From Guillardia theta CCMP2712 (Eukaryota > Protista > Cryptophyta): a stretch of DNA of 64,000 nt. Below, one piece after another: positions 63,597 to 64,000 of this stretch (positions are counted from its first letter, which is position 1; each line of letters opens with the position of its first letter). The position numbers and the translations under genes are program-made. The notes beneath the pieces are model-generated. The model had not been told where the DNA came from. It made no database searches and was given only the letters and a program-made list of their open reading frames with translations. The stretch covers positions 58,785 to 122,784 of the forward strand of contig NW_005434517.1 of the NCBI RefSeq assembly GCF_000315625.1, in the 5' to 3' direction.

Positions 63597-63804
63597 GGCG
63601 ACCGAAGGCCAAGGTGAGGAGAGGCAACTCTCCTGACTGAAGCTGAGGAAGCTGAATGGAGGACGAGTAGGTGGCGACCGAAGGCCAAGGTGAGGAGAGG
63701 CAACTCTCCTGACTGAGGCTGAGGAAGCTGAATGGAGGTAGAGTAGGTGGTGACCGAAGGCCAAGGTGAGGAGAGGCAACTCTCCTGACTGAGGCTGAGG
63801 AAGC
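63597..63804 (+). repeat. 76-bp tandem repeat (~2.7 units), each with an AGGAGAG-GCAA-CTCTCCT hairpin
   Basis: ACCGAAGGCC recurs at 63601, 63677 and 63753. Confidence 0.92.
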
Positions 63805-63991
63805 CAAGAGAAGACAGCAGAAGTAGAGAGTAGAAAGACGCCTCAGAAGCAGGGTTCGCATTGTAGGCCGTGTACTCCCAGTGCTCGAGCGCCTCTCTAG
63901 ACTAGGATCCAATTGCACAAGCCCACAACGAGGCCGAGCAACATTCTAGCATTCTAATAAACTCACATAATAATAATAATAATAATAATAA

Positions 63992-64000
63992 TAGGGTTTA
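63992..64000 (+). repeat. Start of a further telomeric tract (TAGGGTTTA)
   Basis: Direct reading at the window edge; only 9 bp visible. Confidence 0.75.

Larger units (their letters stand above)
61057..63991 (+). mobile_element. Telomere-embedded element, copy 2 (apparently complete, ends in AATAAA and (TAA)8)
   Basis: Left junction in TTTAGGG; ORF; 76-bp repeats; AATAAA at 63956-63961; (TAA)8 at 63968-63991 joined to TAGGGTTTA. Confidence 0.85.

Noticed and set aside
63630-63700. Hammerhead ribozyme in the 76-bp repeat (CTGAGGA...GAA)
   Set aside because: CUGAGGA is followed by AGCU-GAAU, with no proper stem II, no GAAA and no convincing stem III/NUH; an Infernal search would settle it.

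Overview
This is eukaryotic nuclear DNA from the last ~64 kb before what looks like a chromosome end, with a 753-N gap at 23368-24120. Short introns (some GC-AG) filled with GA/CT simple repeats, bipartite plastid-targeting presequences, EsV-1-7-type Cys/His repeats and TTTAGGG telomeric repeats suggest a cryptophyte alga such as Guillardia theta; this is inferred, not proven. Recognisable genes are a CDPK/CaMK-like kinase with an apparent frameshift, glycyl-tRNA synthetase with a signal peptide and an LRLRGG motif, SepSecS, acylaminoacyl peptidase, IPP isomerase, an EEP-family hydrolase, a DDT/WHIM/Tudor chromatin protein, IQ and coiled-coil proteins, and a DUF4214-like repeat plus MGAT2-like fusion. 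Palindrome-rich GC islands lie between divergent genes. The main highlight is 58571-64000, where two near-identical head-to-tail copies of a ~2.4-2.9 kb element sit in (TTTAGGG)n tracts. Each copy has a variable array of 19/21/22-bp repeats on the left, one ORF for an RRM-like (ORF1/gag-like) protein with no visible RT or endonuclease, and 76-bp hairpin repeats. The complete copy ends in AATAAA + (TAA)8 fused to TAGGG. It looks like a non-autonomous, telomere-targeted retroelement analogous to HeT-A. All family assignments come from motif recognition by eye, without database searches.
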